Shown here: piece by piece, positions 30,074 to 39,417 of the stretch
How positions within the stretch are numbered: the first letter of the stretch is position 1
Layout: every line of letters starts with the position of its first letter
Sequence record: NC_024789.1
Length of the DNA stretch: 45,746 nt
Source of the DNA: Escherichia phage vB_EcoS_AKS96
Direction: 5' to 3' (one strand)
The notes under the pieces: model-generated
Told to the model about the DNA's origin: nothing
The model's database searches: none
The model's input: the letters and a program-made list of their open reading frames with translations, nothing else
Program-made: the position numbers and the translations under genes

Positions 30074-32017
30074 ATGGAAAACCGATTGAAAACAATACAA
30101 AAACAGATTGAAGAATTGGGCGAAGATAAGATTAAAGAGATTCAAACTAAATTCACCTCTTCTAACGGTATGGTTCCGTATAGCTATCAGTGTGTTATGT
30201 ACAATGAGATTGCAAAGCGCATTAGTCGCTATGAGCATCCATTTATCGCAATGGCTTCAGTTTCTGCTGGTAAGACTCTGGTTTTTGGTATGGTTGCTAA
30301 GCGTTGCTCTGAGCTTGGCTTGCCTATGCTTGTTCTTGCTCGTCAGGCAGAGCTGGTTAGCCAGAATGCTTCTGAGATTTCTGATTACGGGGTTCCTAAC
30401 TCCATTTATTGCTCTGGGCTTGGAATAAAATCATCTTATTTCCCTGTGGTGGTTGGCTCTGAGGGCACAGTAGTTGGCGGGCTTAAGAAGTCACTTGGCG
30501 ATTTCTGTCCTGCGGTAGTTGCTATTGATGAGTGTCACCATATTGATGACCAGGACATAGCGGAGGCAATTGATAACAATGAGACTGCGCAACAGGCATC
30601 AGATAAGGGGCGTAGCCAGTATACGGTCATCATCCTGACTTTAATGGAGCGCTGCCGTGCTAAGTATGGCAAGAATCTTCGTATCTTTGGACTGACTGGT
30701 TCTCCTTTCCGTGGAACTACGCCAATAGTTGTTGAAAACAAAAAGGAGTTGGGATTTTGGCGTGAGACGGTCACAAATATCGATACAAACTACCTGGTCG
30801 AGTTCGGTTCCGTGGTTCCGACAAACTTTGGTGCTACTGATGGCGTTGGTTACGACCTGTCAGAGTTTGATGCATCATCTGAAGATGGTGTTCAGGATTA
30901 CACTAAAGCCCAGCTTGAAGCCATGGATAAAAAGATCCAGGCATCTGGAACAATGACAGCGGAGATAATGAAGAAAGTATGGCTTGCCGCGAAAAACAGG
31001 AATGGAGTTCTGGTAACATGCGCAGGTGAGCGCCATTGCCACGAAGCCGCAAGTTACCTTCCTGAAGGTGAAAAGTTCTGCATTATAACTGGAAAGACTG
31101 GCGAGAAGCAGCGCAAGGAGTTGCTTGATAAGTGCTTTAGCGGGGAGATTAAATATTGCTTTCAGGTTCAGGCGCTAACCACTGGCGTAAATGTGCCTAC
31201 ATGGGATACAAGCGTTATTCTGCGTAAGATTGGTAGCCTTACGCTCCTGGTTCAGCTACTTGGTCGAGGAATGCGTAAGCTTAAGAAGCTCCATGAAGAT
31301 AAAGGAATGGTCAAGAATGACCATTTGGTACTGGACTTCGCAGGAACGATGGACTCTATGGCATCATTGTACTTCAATCCAATTCTTGAGCAGGCTCAAT
31401 ATCAGCTACGAAAGAGTAATGGCAAGGAGACTAAGCAGTGTCCAGTATGCGGAACAGAGAACAGCTTCTTTGCTCGACGTTGCATGAATATTGATGAGAA
31501 TAATAATCGCTGCGAATATTTCTGGGTTAGTCGCACATGTGAAGACCAGAAAGACCCACGAACCGGAAAGGTTATCGTTAAAGGCTGCGGAGTTCAGAAT
31601 GACGTTGCAGCTAAGATTTGTAGGGGTTGCGATTGCACTTTGCTTGATCCAAATCTCAACTTAAGCGGCAAACATTACCGCAAGAACGACTGGTTTGATG
31701 TTGTTGACTTTAAGGTTGGGCTAACAAAGAACCAATCAGGAATCATCTACAACTACATCCTTGATGATGGCATGGGTGGGACATTCAAAGCTCATGAGGT
31801 TTTCTTTGTAGAGTCTGACCATCGAGTATGTAAAACGCTCTGGTTGAACAATGGAATTAAAGGTCACGTAGTCGACATGAACGCTAAGCGATATATGGCT
31901 GCATATCGCAATGCTCGCAAGATTATGGAGTATGCGCAGTACATCCATGCTCCTAAGAGGGTAACTCACCGCAAGACCGCTAAAGGTGGCGATAATATTG
32001 CTAATAAGGAGTTCTAA
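30074..32017 (+). CDS. SF2 DEAD/DEAH-type helicase with C-terminal zinc ribbon
   Basis: Walker A SAGKT, Walker B DECHH, motif VI QLLGRGMR, CPVCG...C zinc ribbon; start set at ATG 30074 downstream of cassette. Confidence 0.8.
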   Translation: MENRLKTIQKQIEELGEDKIKEIQTKFTSSNGMVPYSYQCVMYNEIAKRISRYEHPFIAMASVSAGKTLVFGMVAKRCSELGLPMLVLARQAELVSQNASEISDYGVPNSIYCSGLGIKSSYFPVVVGSEGTVVGGLKKSLGDFCPAVVAIDECHHIDDQDIAEAIDNNETAQQASDKGRSQYTVIILTLMERCRAKYGKNLRIFGLTGSPFRGTTPIVVENKKELGFWRETVTNIDTNYLVEFGSVVPTNFGATDGVGYDLSEFDASSEDGVQDYTKAQLEAMDKKIQASGTMTAEIMKKVWLAAKNRNGVLVTCAGERHCHEAASYLPEGEKFCIITGKTGEKQRKELLDKCFSGEIKYCFQVQALTTGVNVPTWDTSVILRKIGSLTLLVQLLGRGMRKLKKLHEDKGMVKNDHLVLDFAGTMDSMASLYFNPILEQAQYQLRKSNGKETKQCPVCGTENSFFARRCMNIDENNNRCEYFWVSRTCEDQKDPRTGKVIVKGCGVQNDVAAKICRGCDCTLLDPNLNLSGKHYRKNDWFDVVDFKVGLTKNQSGIIYNYILDDGMGGTFKAHEVFFVESDHRVCKTLWLNNGIKGHVVDMNAKRYMAAYRNARKIMEYAQYIHAPKRVTHRKTAKGGDNIANKEF

Positions 32018-32406
32018 TGGTTAAGGTTTTTCACGACAAAACAAGCACGGACAAGGCTAAGGAGGTTGTTCACCAAATAAATTCAATAGCTTGGGTTCGC
32101 CACAACCATCCAGAGATATTTGCTTTTCACGTGAAGAATGAAGGTCTCAAGTCTATCGGCACAGCAATGAAGGACAAGCAGGAGGGAGTAATTAAGGGTG
32201 TATCAGATATTCTACTGATTGGACCAAATGGCTTTGCCGCAATAGAGCTTAAGCGAGCAATAAAATCAGATAGCAAGGTTTCAAAGGAGCAAAAGGAGTT
32301 CCTGGAAAAGGTATCAGAAACAGGAGGTTACGCGGCAATCTGTTATGGGTTTGAAATGTTTAAGTTGGCAATTACAGATTATCTATCAAATAGCACGAAT
32401 TGCTAA
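32017..32406 (+). CDS. VRR-NUC domain nuclease
   Basis: GVSDILLIGPNGFAAIELKRA...EQKEFLEKVSETGGYAAICYG. Confidence 0.55.
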   Translation: MVKVFHDKTSTDKAKEVVHQINSIAWVRHNHPEIFAFHVKNEGLKSIGTAMKDKQEGVIKGVSDILLIGPNGFAAIELKRAIKSDSKVSKEQKEFLEKVSETGGYAAICYGFEMFKLAITDYLSNSTNC

Positions 32407-32433
32407 AGAGATTTCGCAAGGATGCGATATAGT
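32389..32433 (+). promoter_or_regulatory. conserved box-plus-minus-10 cassette (copy c)
   Basis: AATAGCACGAATTGCTAAA, 22 bp, TATAGT; contains stop TAA of 32017-32406. Confidence 0.55.
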
Positions 32434-32464
32434 TACTTCATCGAAACGAAGAGAGAGAAACAAA

Positions 32465-32659
32465 ATGACTACTATCTACACTGAAAAGCTGTACAAGTCA
32501 CGCAAAACTGGTTATGAATATGAATTAGCAATCACCCCTGAGGGTTATATTCTTGATGATGGAGACGGTTACTCATTCGAAGTTAGCCCAACATACAAAG
32601 ATGATTTAGAGACTGTTAAAAACGCATTCGGCGAAAAATTTGATGAGGTGTCAGAATAA
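32465..32659 (+). CDS. hypothetical protein
   Basis: 64 aa after cassette leader gagagagaaacaaa. Confidence 0.4.
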   Translation: MTTIYTEKLYKSRKTGYEYELAITPEGYILDDGDGYSFEVSPTYKDDLETVKNAFGEKFDEVSE

Positions 32660-32877
32660 TGAAATTAACCTTTGATAAGCAATGGGAACTCTTTCAGGCA
32701 ATGGTGGCGCAGGAGTTGAGTAAAGCTGGATATAAAAATGATGTTTGGGATTTAGCTTGGTGTCTTGATTATAGTTTCGAAGAGGATTATCTGAACACTG
32801 ATATCGAAACATGGCGCGACCGAATGATTGCTGATATCGAAGAAATGAAGAAAGATTGCCCGGAGGATTTTTCATGA
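32659..32877 (+). CDS. hypothetical protein
   Basis: 72 aa, start overlaps upstream stop. Confidence 0.4.
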   Translation: MKLTFDKQWELFQAMVAQELSKAGYKNDVWDLAWCLDYSFEEDYLNTDIETWRDRMIADIEEMKKDCPEDFS

Positions 32878-33074
32878 TTACTGCGACTTGCGTAATGACG
32901 AACGGCTCATTCACCCTGCTCAATGAGTATGAATTCAAACTTGACCCGATTAATGACCAGGTTGAAATAGTTAGCGATGACGGATTTGCATGGAAGTTAC
33001 ATAATGAATTTGATGGGTACTACGGGTGTAATGATGCGAAAGGTAAGCATGTAAGTTTTCTTGTTTATGAGTAA
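32874..33074 (+). CDS. hypothetical protein
   Basis: 66 aa from ATG 32874 (ggagg RBS, ATGA overlap). Confidence 0.4.
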   Translation: MITATCVMTNGSFTLLNEYEFKLDPINDQVEIVSDDGFAWKLHNEFDGYYGCNDAKGKHVSFLVYE

Positions 33075-33118
33075 ATAGCACTTTTTGTTAAAACTAAAAT
33101 ACAAGGATGGATTATATT
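33074..33118 (+). promoter_or_regulatory. conserved box-plus-minus-10 cassette (copy d)
   Basis: AATAGCACTTTTTGTTAAA, 22 bp, TATATT. Confidence 0.5.
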
Positions 33119-33270
33119 AATTACATCAGCAAATGAGAGGGTTAAGAGATGAAAATTGTAGACAAAGAGATGTTCGAGATTGCGCAGTCTTTCGCAAATG
33201 ACGCAGTTAAGACTGGATCTGAATATTGCTGGATGTGCGCTCGAGAATATTTAAAAATGGCTTACGGCCT

Positions 33271-33510
33271 ATGATAGTTGAAAGCGGACGCGCCGCTGTA
33301 TGGGCGCATTGTGGAGAGGCGGGATTGCAGGATGACATCAAGATGATAGGTAAATACTTTGATATTGATGACATATCTGTAGTTTTCAATGGGAAGTTTA
33401 GTTATATGAACCAGCGGCCACGCAAGTATGTAAGAGTTCCAGCAACGCCTAGCCTCGCAATGTATCGCGAGGAAGGTAAGAAGATATTTAAGAAAGGTGC
33501 GAAGAAATGA
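33271..33510 (+). CDS. hypothetical protein
   Basis: 79 aa; alternative upstream starts possible; a 41-aa ORF 33149-33274 precedes it. Confidence 0.35.
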   Translation: MIVESGRAAVWAHCGEAGLQDDIKMIGKYFDIDDISVVFNGKFSYMNQRPRKYVRVPATPSLAMYREEGKKIFKKGAKK

Positions 33511-33764
33511 ATTTACCTGGTCTAGATTTTGCTGAGAGTAAGTATCAGGTTGTGTTTTTTGGTGAGAAGCCTTATCGGAAGATTCCTTTCTCTGAGTGGA
33601 TTCCTCCGGACTACCTCGATGTACTGGTGCAAATTGAGATTGGTAAAGCTGAGTTGATGTACTATTCGCCAGGTTGCAATATGATGATGCCTAGTGAGTA
33701 TTCACCAGCAATTTCTGCTCTAGAAACTGAGTTTCTTGATTACTGGCTAAAAGAAGTAAAATAG
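33507..33764 (+). CDS. hypothetical protein
   Basis: 85 aa, ATGA overlap, stop is the TAG of the next box. Confidence 0.4.
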   Translation: MNLPGLDFAESKYQVVFFGEKPYRKIPFSEWIPPDYLDVLVQIEIGKAELMYYSPGCNMMMPSEYSPAISALETEFLDYWLKEVK

Positions 33765-33803
33765 CACTTTTTGTTAAAAACATCGCCACGGATGGCGTAT
33801 AGT
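33760..33803 (+). promoter_or_regulatory. conserved box-plus-minus-10 cassette (copy e)
   Basis: AATAGCACTTTTTGTTAAA, 21 bp, TATAGT. Confidence 0.5.
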
Positions 33804-33831
33804 GTGTTCATCGAAACGAGAGACGCTTCAG

Positions 33832-33900
33832 ATGAAAACATTACTACCGTTGCTGGCGGTACCAGTAACCTTTATAATCATGTACTTCATAATCTGCTAA
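33832..33900 (+). CDS. possible 22-aa hydrophobic micro-ORF
   Basis: MKTLLPLLAVPVTFIIMYFIIC after cassette leader; very short, speculative. Confidence 0.2.
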   Translation: MKTLLPLLAVPVTFIIMYFIIC

Positions 33901-33914
33901 TAGGAAATTAAATA

Positions 33915-35051
33915 ATGGCTATCGCTAAAATCACCAACGAAGAGTTAAAGCAAGAACTGGCTAACGGTATGACTAACAAGGCAATCGCAGAGAAGTACGG
34001 TATGAATATTCGTAACGTAGAGCTGCGTCGCAGCAAGTTGGCTAAGGCTGGGGATGGTCACGGTCGCGATGTGAGTAACCTAATTCCTCAGGGCTACATG
34101 GTTAAAGGTGTATCTAGCCTTGTTGATAATGATGGCAATGTGAAGTTGCAATGGGTTAAGTCCTCTATTGATGCAGAGAAGCTTGAGGAGATGATGAATC
34201 AAGCGCGAGAGGCATTCTCTAGCGAGCTACCAAAAGAAAAAGCAGTTAAATCTGAAGGTCTGAATTTTGATGAAGATACTTTAGCTATGTATCCAGTATT
34301 TGACCTTCACATTGGCGCAATGGCCCACAAGCATGAGTGCGGAGAAAACTACGACACAGCAACGGCAGAGAAAGTAATGAACGATTATTTTGACTACGCC
34401 GTACAGAAATCTCCAAATTCAAAGAATGCTGTACTAGTGCTAGGAGGTGATCTGCTTCATTATGATTCCTTGGAAGCCAAAACTCCAGCCAGTGGTCACA
34501 TCCTGGACAGTGACAGTCGCTACGCCAAGATTGTTTATGTTTGCATTCGAGCGGTTCGCCGCGCAATTCGAAACATGCTTAGCAAACATGAAAACGTAGA
34601 TGTTAAAGTTATATCTGGTAATCATGATGAAAGTGGTATGGTTTGGTTGCGGGCTGCGCTTGCTGCATTTTATGAGGAAGAGCCACGCGTTAGTATTGAT
34701 GTTAGTCCCGCGGCAATGATGGTAACTAAGTTTGGTTCTACAATGCTTGGTTTCACTCACGGGCATCAAATGCGTAAAGCTGATACTCGCCTTTCGGTTA
34801 TGGCTACTGACTGGCGACGTGACTTTGGTTTAAGTGATTATGTATACACCCACTCAGGCCACTGGCATTCACAGAAGATTACAGAGACAAATCTTGGTAT
34901 TGATGAGGTTCATGGTCAGCTTGGTTCACCAGATGCATATAGTGCGAATGGCGGGTGGCGCTCACAAAGGCAGGCTGCGGTAATCATATATCATAAAGAG
35001 TTTGGTGAGGTTGGTCGTTTTATCTGTCGCCCAGAAATGTTTAATAAATAG
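33915..35051 (+). CDS. calcineurin-like metallophosphoesterase with N-terminal HTH-like segment
   Basis: motifs DLHIG, GGDLLHYD, GNHDE, THGH, GHWH; N-terminal MTNKAIAEKYGMNIRNVELRRSKL. Confidence 0.7.
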   Translation: MAIAKITNEELKQELANGMTNKAIAEKYGMNIRNVELRRSKLAKAGDGHGRDVSNLIPQGYMVKGVSSLVDNDGNVKLQWVKSSIDAEKLEEMMNQAREAFSSELPKEKAVKSEGLNFDEDTLAMYPVFDLHIGAMAHKHECGENYDTATAEKVMNDYFDYAVQKSPNSKNAVLVLGGDLLHYDSLEAKTPASGHILDSDSRYAKIVYVCIRAVRRAIRNMLSKHENVDVKVISGNHDESGMVWLRAALAAFYEEEPRVSIDVSPAAMMVTKFGSTMLGFTHGHQMRKADTRLSVMATDWRRDFGLSDYVYTHSGHWHSQKITETNLGIDEVHGQLGSPDAYSANGGWRSQRQAAVIIYHKEFGEVGRFICRPEMFNK

Positions 35052-35065
35052 CACAAATAGTCAAG
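35047..35065 (+). promoter_or_regulatory. degenerate box copy (f)
   Basis: AATAGCACAAATAGTCAAG, followed by terminator rather than minus-10. Confidence 0.3.
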
Positions 35066-35070
35066 AAACT

Positions 35071-35092
35071 ACCCGCGAAAGCGGGTATTTTT
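35071..35092 (+). terminator. rho-independent terminator
   Basis: acccgc-gaaa-gcgggt plus T-run. Confidence 0.6.
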
Positions 35093-35116
35093 GTTTCACA
35101 CAACTGAGGAGGTAAT

Positions 35117-35608
35117 ATGAATTGGAATGATTTTCTCGAATATAGAGATGGAAAGCTTTACTGGACAGATCCACACTCAACAAAATTTAAGCCAGGGGAT
35201 GAGGCTGGATGTAGGCATCATAGGGGTTATCATTATATAAGGAGATATAACACCACGATGTCAAGGCATAGGATAGTATGGACAATGTTTAATGGAGAGA
35301 TACCGGAAGGCATGGAGATTGATCACATAGACCATGACGTTGAGAATGATCGGATTGAAAACCTAAGAATGGTTACAAGGAGGCAGAACAATCAAAACAA
35401 AAAGCTAGATGAAAGAAATACTAGCGGACATGTTGGGGTTAGTTGGAACAAGAAGACAAAAAAATGGAGAGCAATGATAGGTATAAAGGGTAATGACGGG
35501 AAGCGGAAAACGGTATATGTTTATTATGGTGACTCTTTCGACGACGCGGTATTGGCAAGGAAGAAAGCTGAAGCTGAATACTCATTTCATGAAAATCACG
35601 GAAAATAG
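35117..35608 (+). CDS. HNH homing endonuclease with AP2-like domain (paralog of 562-1077)
   Basis: EIDHIDHDVENDRIENLRMVTRRQNNQN; GHVGVSWNKKTKKWRAMIGIKG. Confidence 0.75.
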   Translation: MNWNDFLEYRDGKLYWTDPHSTKFKPGDEAGCRHHRGYHYIRRYNTTMSRHRIVWTMFNGEIPEGMEIDHIDHDVENDRIENLRMVTRRQNNQNKKLDERNTSGHVGVSWNKKTKKWRAMIGIKGNDGKRKTVYVYYGDSFDDAVLARKKAEAEYSFHENHGK

Positions 35609-35648
35609 CACTAATTGCTAAAACACAAATCAAAAGATGGGGTATATT
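35604..35648 (+). promoter_or_regulatory. conserved box-plus-minus-10 cassette (copy g)
   Basis: AATAGCACTAATTGCTAAA, 22 bp, TATATT. Confidence 0.5.
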
Positions 35649-35681
35649 TACTCCATCAAAACAAAACGAGAGGATACAAAG

Positions 35682-35867
35682 ATGGCTAAGTTCACACAAT
35701 CAGATGCACAGATTGAAGTTAAAGATGTTGGTTTTGGTAAGACATTTCGGATTGCACAGGCTTACGGATCAAGCGAAGAAGATATCAAGGTTGATGTTAT
35801 TAACCTTACGGAGAAAAATGCAAGTGAAATCGCTTATGCAATCCTTGCGGCACTTGGAGAGCGTTAA
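35682..35867 (+). CDS. hypothetical protein
   Basis: 61 aa from ATG 35682 after leader aacgagagga. Confidence 0.4.
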   Translation: MAKFTQSDAQIEVKDVGFGKTFRIAQAYGSSEEDIKVDVINLTEKNASEIAYAILAALGER

Positions 35868-36055
35868 TGTTGCAAACAATCAAAGCTGAGATGGTAAAGG
35901 TTGGTGATGAAGTTTTGTTCTCAAACTGCCCACCGCAGGTAGTTAAGGCTACAAGCCTTGAGTATTACCCTGGCTGTATTTTCGTAATGATTAAGACCAT
36001 GGGTGGTAACTGCTTCCCAATTAATGTAAACACACTTATTTGCGTAAACCGTTAA
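35867..36055 (+). CDS. hypothetical protein
   Basis: 62 aa, TAATG overlap. Confidence 0.35.
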   Translation: MLQTIKAEMVKVGDEVLFSNCPPQVVKATSLEYYPGCIFVMIKTMGGNCFPINVNTLICVNR

Positions 36056-36067
36056 GAGATTATCAAA

Positions 36068-36241
36068 ATGACTAAATTATTCTGCGTTAGCAACAAATCA
36101 AAATCACTGCCTTTCACTGTAAACAACCCTTACAGTGGTGAGTACCAGGGGGATGGTAATTATAAGATTTATGGCGATGACATGACTTGGATCTTAGCCC
36201 CGATTGATGGAGAATTGGTGGAATTCATTATCGCAGACTAA
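36068..36241 (+). CDS. hypothetical small protein
   Basis: 57-aa ORF below track threshold, RBS aagag, followed by terminator. Confidence 0.3.
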   Translation: MTKLFCVSNKSKSLPFTVNNPYSGEYQGDGNYKIYGDDMTWILAPIDGELVEFIIAD

Positions 36242-36267
36242 CTTATAAGAAACATCAACTTGAAAAC

Positions 36268-36294
36268 AGGCGGCCTTTAAGGCTGCCTTTTTTT
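36268..36294 (+). terminator. rho-independent terminator
   Basis: aggcggcc-tttaa-ggctgcct plus ttttttt. Confidence 0.6.
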
Positions 36295-36356
36295 CGTTTA
36301 TGTCAAAGTGTAATGTCTGGTATTATTTAACCAAATCAACTTAAAGAGGCCGCAAC

Positions 36357-36572
36357 ATGAAGCATTTCTATGACGCAGCCGCCTTGTCCGGTAGCGGAGT
36401 AGCTATGGGCGGCGGCTTATCTGACAATACAATCATCGGCATTATTGGCTTAATCGTAGCCGTGTGCTTTGGTATCTTTGGGGCATGGCTGCGCTGGAGG
36501 GACAGTAAGGCGCTACACAAAGCACTTGAGGATGGAGATATCCGTGAGGCAATGAGAATCAGGAGTAAGTGA
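36357..36572 (+). CDS. holin (pinholin-like)
   Basis: 71 aa; Gly/Ala-rich first hydrophobic segment, second TMD IIGIIGLIVAVCFGIFGAWL, charged C-terminus. Confidence 0.55.
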   Translation: MKHFYDAAALSGSGVAMGGGLSDNTIIGIIGLIVAVCFGIFGAWLRWRDSKALHKALEDGDIREAMRIRSK

Positions 36573-37054
36573 TGAGTATAAAGAATAAAGTTATTGGCGG
36601 GGTCTTAGGCTCCGCTATTGCTATAGCTGTACCATTCCTGAACAAGCATGAGGGCGTTGAGTATAGTCCATACAAAGATGTAGCTGGGGTGTGGACTATT
36701 TGCGCAGGGATTACTGGCCCTGACGTTATTCGTGGCAAGGTTTACACTCAGCGAGATTGCGATGCACTCCTTATGAAGCACCTGTCAATTCATCGCTCCG
36801 CTGTTGATAAAGCCCTGAAGGTTGATGTTCCAGTTAGCACCAGGGCGGCGCTGTACAGTTTTTCATTTAATGTTGGGACCAATGCAATGCGCAACTCAAC
36901 TGTTATCAGACTCATGAATCGCGGCGATATTCGTGGTGGATGTGAGGCGCTATCAATGTGGAATAAAATTAGCGTTGGTGGCAAGAAGGTTGTGAGCAAA
37001 GGCCTGGTTAACAGGCGAAACGCGGAGATTAGGTTATGCGTGTCGGAATTATAA
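36569..37054 (+). CDS. SAR-type endolysin (phage lysozyme family)
   Basis: N-terminal Gly/Ala-rich signal-anchor VIGGVLGSAIAIAV; E-x8-D-x5-T arrangement in HEGVEYSPYKDVAGVWT. Confidence 0.7.
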   Translation: MMSIKNKVIGGVLGSAIAIAVPFLNKHEGVEYSPYKDVAGVWTICAGITGPDVIRGKVYTQRDCDALLMKHLSIHRSAVDKALKVDVPVSTRAALYSFSFNVGTNAMRNSTVIRLMNRGDIRGGCEALSMWNKISVGGKKVVSKGLVNRRNAEIRLCVSEL

Positions 37055-37440
37055 TTATTGCAATCACATTGCTGACCGGCTGCTCTGTTATGTCAGCTAT
37101 TTCTGATTTATTACCGAGCAAGGATGGCATTGAAGCAACAGCGCAGGTTGGTGAGTCTAACCAGAAAACTGGCGTTGGATTATCCAACCAGACAGACAAA
37201 TCTAGCTCAACAGAGAGCGATATGCGCAACTCAACTAACAGAGATGTAGATTCATCAAGCCAGAAAAAGACTGCTGCTACGGGTCTCTCAGCTAACACAA
37301 TAACAGCTGAAAAGATTGAAATTCATAGCACTGAAAACTCTGGGGTTGACTCATTAGTCTGGGGTGTTTTGGCTGGATTGGTTTCGGGCATGATAACTTA
37401 CTTCGCTTTAAGATTTGCAGGAAATAAAAAAGGAGCCTAA
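37036..37440 (+). CDS. unimolecular spanin (u-spanin)
   Basis: N-terminal lipobox LLTGC plus C-terminal TMD LVWGVLAGLVSGMITYFAL. Confidence 0.6.
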   Translation: MRVGIIIIAITLLTGCSVMSAISDLLPSKDGIEATAQVGESNQKTGVGLSNQTDKSSSTESDMRNSTNRDVDSSSQKKTAATGLSANTITAEKIEIHSTENSGVDSLVWGVLAGLVSGMITYFALRFAGNKKGA

Positions 37441-37456
37441 TGGCTCCTTTCTTTTA
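37425..37456. terminator. bidirectional terminator between convergent operons
   Basis: aggagcc-taat-ggctcct flanked by A-run and T-run. Confidence 0.55.
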
Positions 37457-37789
37457 TGCGAACAATTGGTCGTCCGTCATTTCTTTTATGGTCATCATCT
37501 CATTAGTGTACTTATCGCTCTCACCCCCAAGGCATCTGAAGCTAAATTCGAAAGGTCGCTTCGTGCTTCCTTTGCTCCAGTAACTGCCATTAACTCCATC
37601 GATGTAACCTTCAGTCATGCATCTTGCCAGAAACTCCTTTGACGCAGATGATGCAAAGTAACGCGCATTAACTCCAGCTGCCTTAGCCATTCTTTCACAT
37701 TCTTTGTGGCGGTAAATGAATACCGCCAGGTGCTGCCTGTTAAACTTTTCGTAGCTCTCGCAGAACTTGAACACATCAAGGATGAACAT
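37454..37789 (-). CDS. hypothetical protein
   Basis: 111-aa ORF adjacent to the 527-aa gene. Confidence 0.4.
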   Translation of the reverse strand: MFILDVFKFCESYEKFNRQHLAVFIYRHKECERMAKAAGVNARYFASSASKEFLARCMTEGYIDGVNGSYWSKGSTKRPFEFSFRCLGGESDKYTNEMMTIKEMTDDQLFA

Positions 37790-37793
37790 TTAA

Positions 37794-39377
37794 TTACCCC
37801 AACAGCCGTGGATTGATATATACCTTGTCACCAATCAGGCAGGTATAGTTTTTATCATCAAGCATCGGCAGTAAGTGGTCTTTAATTTTAGCCATAACAC
37901 CAGCCTGTGACTCGAAAGGTCGAACCTTACGCGCAGCTTCATAAAGTGAACGCAAACCCACAACTCCTTTACTGTTCTTGCCTTGCTTGATAAGGATATC
38001 AATTAACTTGTTCATCTCAGCGTTATCGCCAGCATGACCAGCTGCGTTAGCTGAGGATAAGTAAGTCTTACTAAGTTCTCCAAACATCAACAAAGCCTCT
38101 TGCATGGTTTCCAGTTCAATCTCCCTGGACTTCTGCGGACTACCGCCATTTGGGTTAAACCAGTTACGGATAGTGTGAAGAACTGCAGCAATGCGAATTA
38201 CCTGTTTATCCATTTTACCTAACGCGCCGCGCAGCATTGTGTGTGAATACTTACCGCCATCTGCAAGGTGTGGCTCCATTTCCTGTCGAGCACGGTTAAG
38301 GTGCTTCATTGCTGAGTTACTAATAGTCAACTTCACATCTTGCTCACTCATAATTTCATGAACAAGACGGAAGTAATCAGCCTTCAACGCTCCGTCAATC
38401 GGCTCATATGTTGACTCGCCATTATCATCGACGAAAACACGCTCACCAAGGAATGACTTTTCACGCACAAGCAAGAAACGTTCGGATACACCAATACCGC
38501 GAGCACCAGCATTCATGATTGCGACTATTGTTTCATCCTGCGCAATTACAGAAATACACCCCATAGCAATAAAGCTCATGTTGTTCTCTGCGTTCGCACG
38601 CGCGATAGATACGTTACCAGCATCCCAGGCCTTAAGTACCAGTTCGCTGTTTGTTTTCTTTGTTCCATCACCATAGGTCATGCCCAGCAGTGAGTTGACG
38701 CTCGTCGCCTCATCCGAGATGACAGCGAAGCTACCCTGACGATGGTTAATGCGTGCCAGACCTTCAGGAGTAGTATCAGATACAGGGAATACGATGTCGC
38801 AAAGTTTCTCGAGCTTATCTTCCAGCTCCTCCTTCTCCTCAAACAAACCAGCCATCTCAGAAGGCGACTTCTCCTGCTTCATTTCTTTAGCCAGAGCCGA
38901 CAGCTTGGCCATAATCTTTTTACGGTCACGCTTACGCAGATCGTTTAGTCGCTCAGTCTCTGCAATCATTGGAGCCAGAGACAGCGAGTTAATGGCAGAT
39001 TTACCAGTTGATGGAGGCTGGCTGGTCACTACATACAGTGATGTTGGTTGTTGAGTTCCGTGATACTCAACCGTAAAGCGACCTAACATAGCTGCCGAGA
39101 TGCAACCAAGGAAGTGCATATAAGCAGATGATTCAGGAAACTGAACAGAACGAGCAATGTTGCTTGATAGTTTGCCAACTACATCATAGTCGTTACCAAG
39201 CGAGATAACAGGATACTTGTCGCCAGTAGAATCAATCTCAACCGGAGCTTTCCAGAATGATGCGCTCTGGCGATAACCGTTCGCATTAATAGCAACACGT
39301 AAAGGAGGTAACCCATCCTGAGCGGCAACAGCCATTACTTGTTCAACAGTCAATTTGTCATCATTAAAATCAAACAT
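37794..39377 (-). CDS. large hypothetical protein with possible deviant P-loop; paralog of 42634-43176
   Basis: 527 aa from MFDFNDDKL; termini match the 180-aa paralog; candidate Walker A SQPPSTGKS and Walker B FAVISDE. Confidence 0.5.
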   Translation of the reverse strand: MFDFNDDKLTVEQVMAVAAQDGLPPLRVAINANGYRQSASFWKAPVEIDSTGDKYPVISLGNDYDVVGKLSSNIARSVQFPESSAYMHFLGCISAAMLGRFTVEYHGTQQPTSLYVVTSQPPSTGKSAINSLSLAPMIAETERLNDLRKRDRKKIMAKLSALAKEMKQEKSPSEMAGLFEEKEELEDKLEKLCDIVFPVSDTTPEGLARINHRQGSFAVISDEATSVNSLLGMTYGDGTKKTNSELVLKAWDAGNVSIARANAENNMSFIAMGCISVIAQDETIVAIMNAGARGIGVSERFLLVREKSFLGERVFVDDNGESTYEPIDGALKADYFRLVHEIMSEQDVKLTISNSAMKHLNRARQEMEPHLADGGKYSHTMLRGALGKMDKQVIRIAAVLHTIRNWFNPNGGSPQKSREIELETMQEALLMFGELSKTYLSSANAAGHAGDNAEMNKLIDILIKQGKNSKGVVGLRSLYEAARKVRPFESQAGVMAKIKDHLLPMLDDKNYTCLIGDKVYINPRLLG

Positions 39378-39417
39378 TATCATCTCTCTCTAAATGCCCC
39401 CGAAGGGGCTTGACTAT

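Noticed and set aside
37794-39377. Intein with LAGLIDADG endonuclease inside the 527-aa protein (LLGMTYGDGT and FLGERVFVDDNGE resemble LAGLIDADG motifs, and a short paralog looks like an intein-free version)
   Set aside because: Insert boundaries lack intein hallmarks: no Cys/Ser/Thr first residue at the junction and no terminal His-Asn followed by Cys/Ser/Thr. The paralogs are also strongly diverged at DNA level, unlike a recent homing event.
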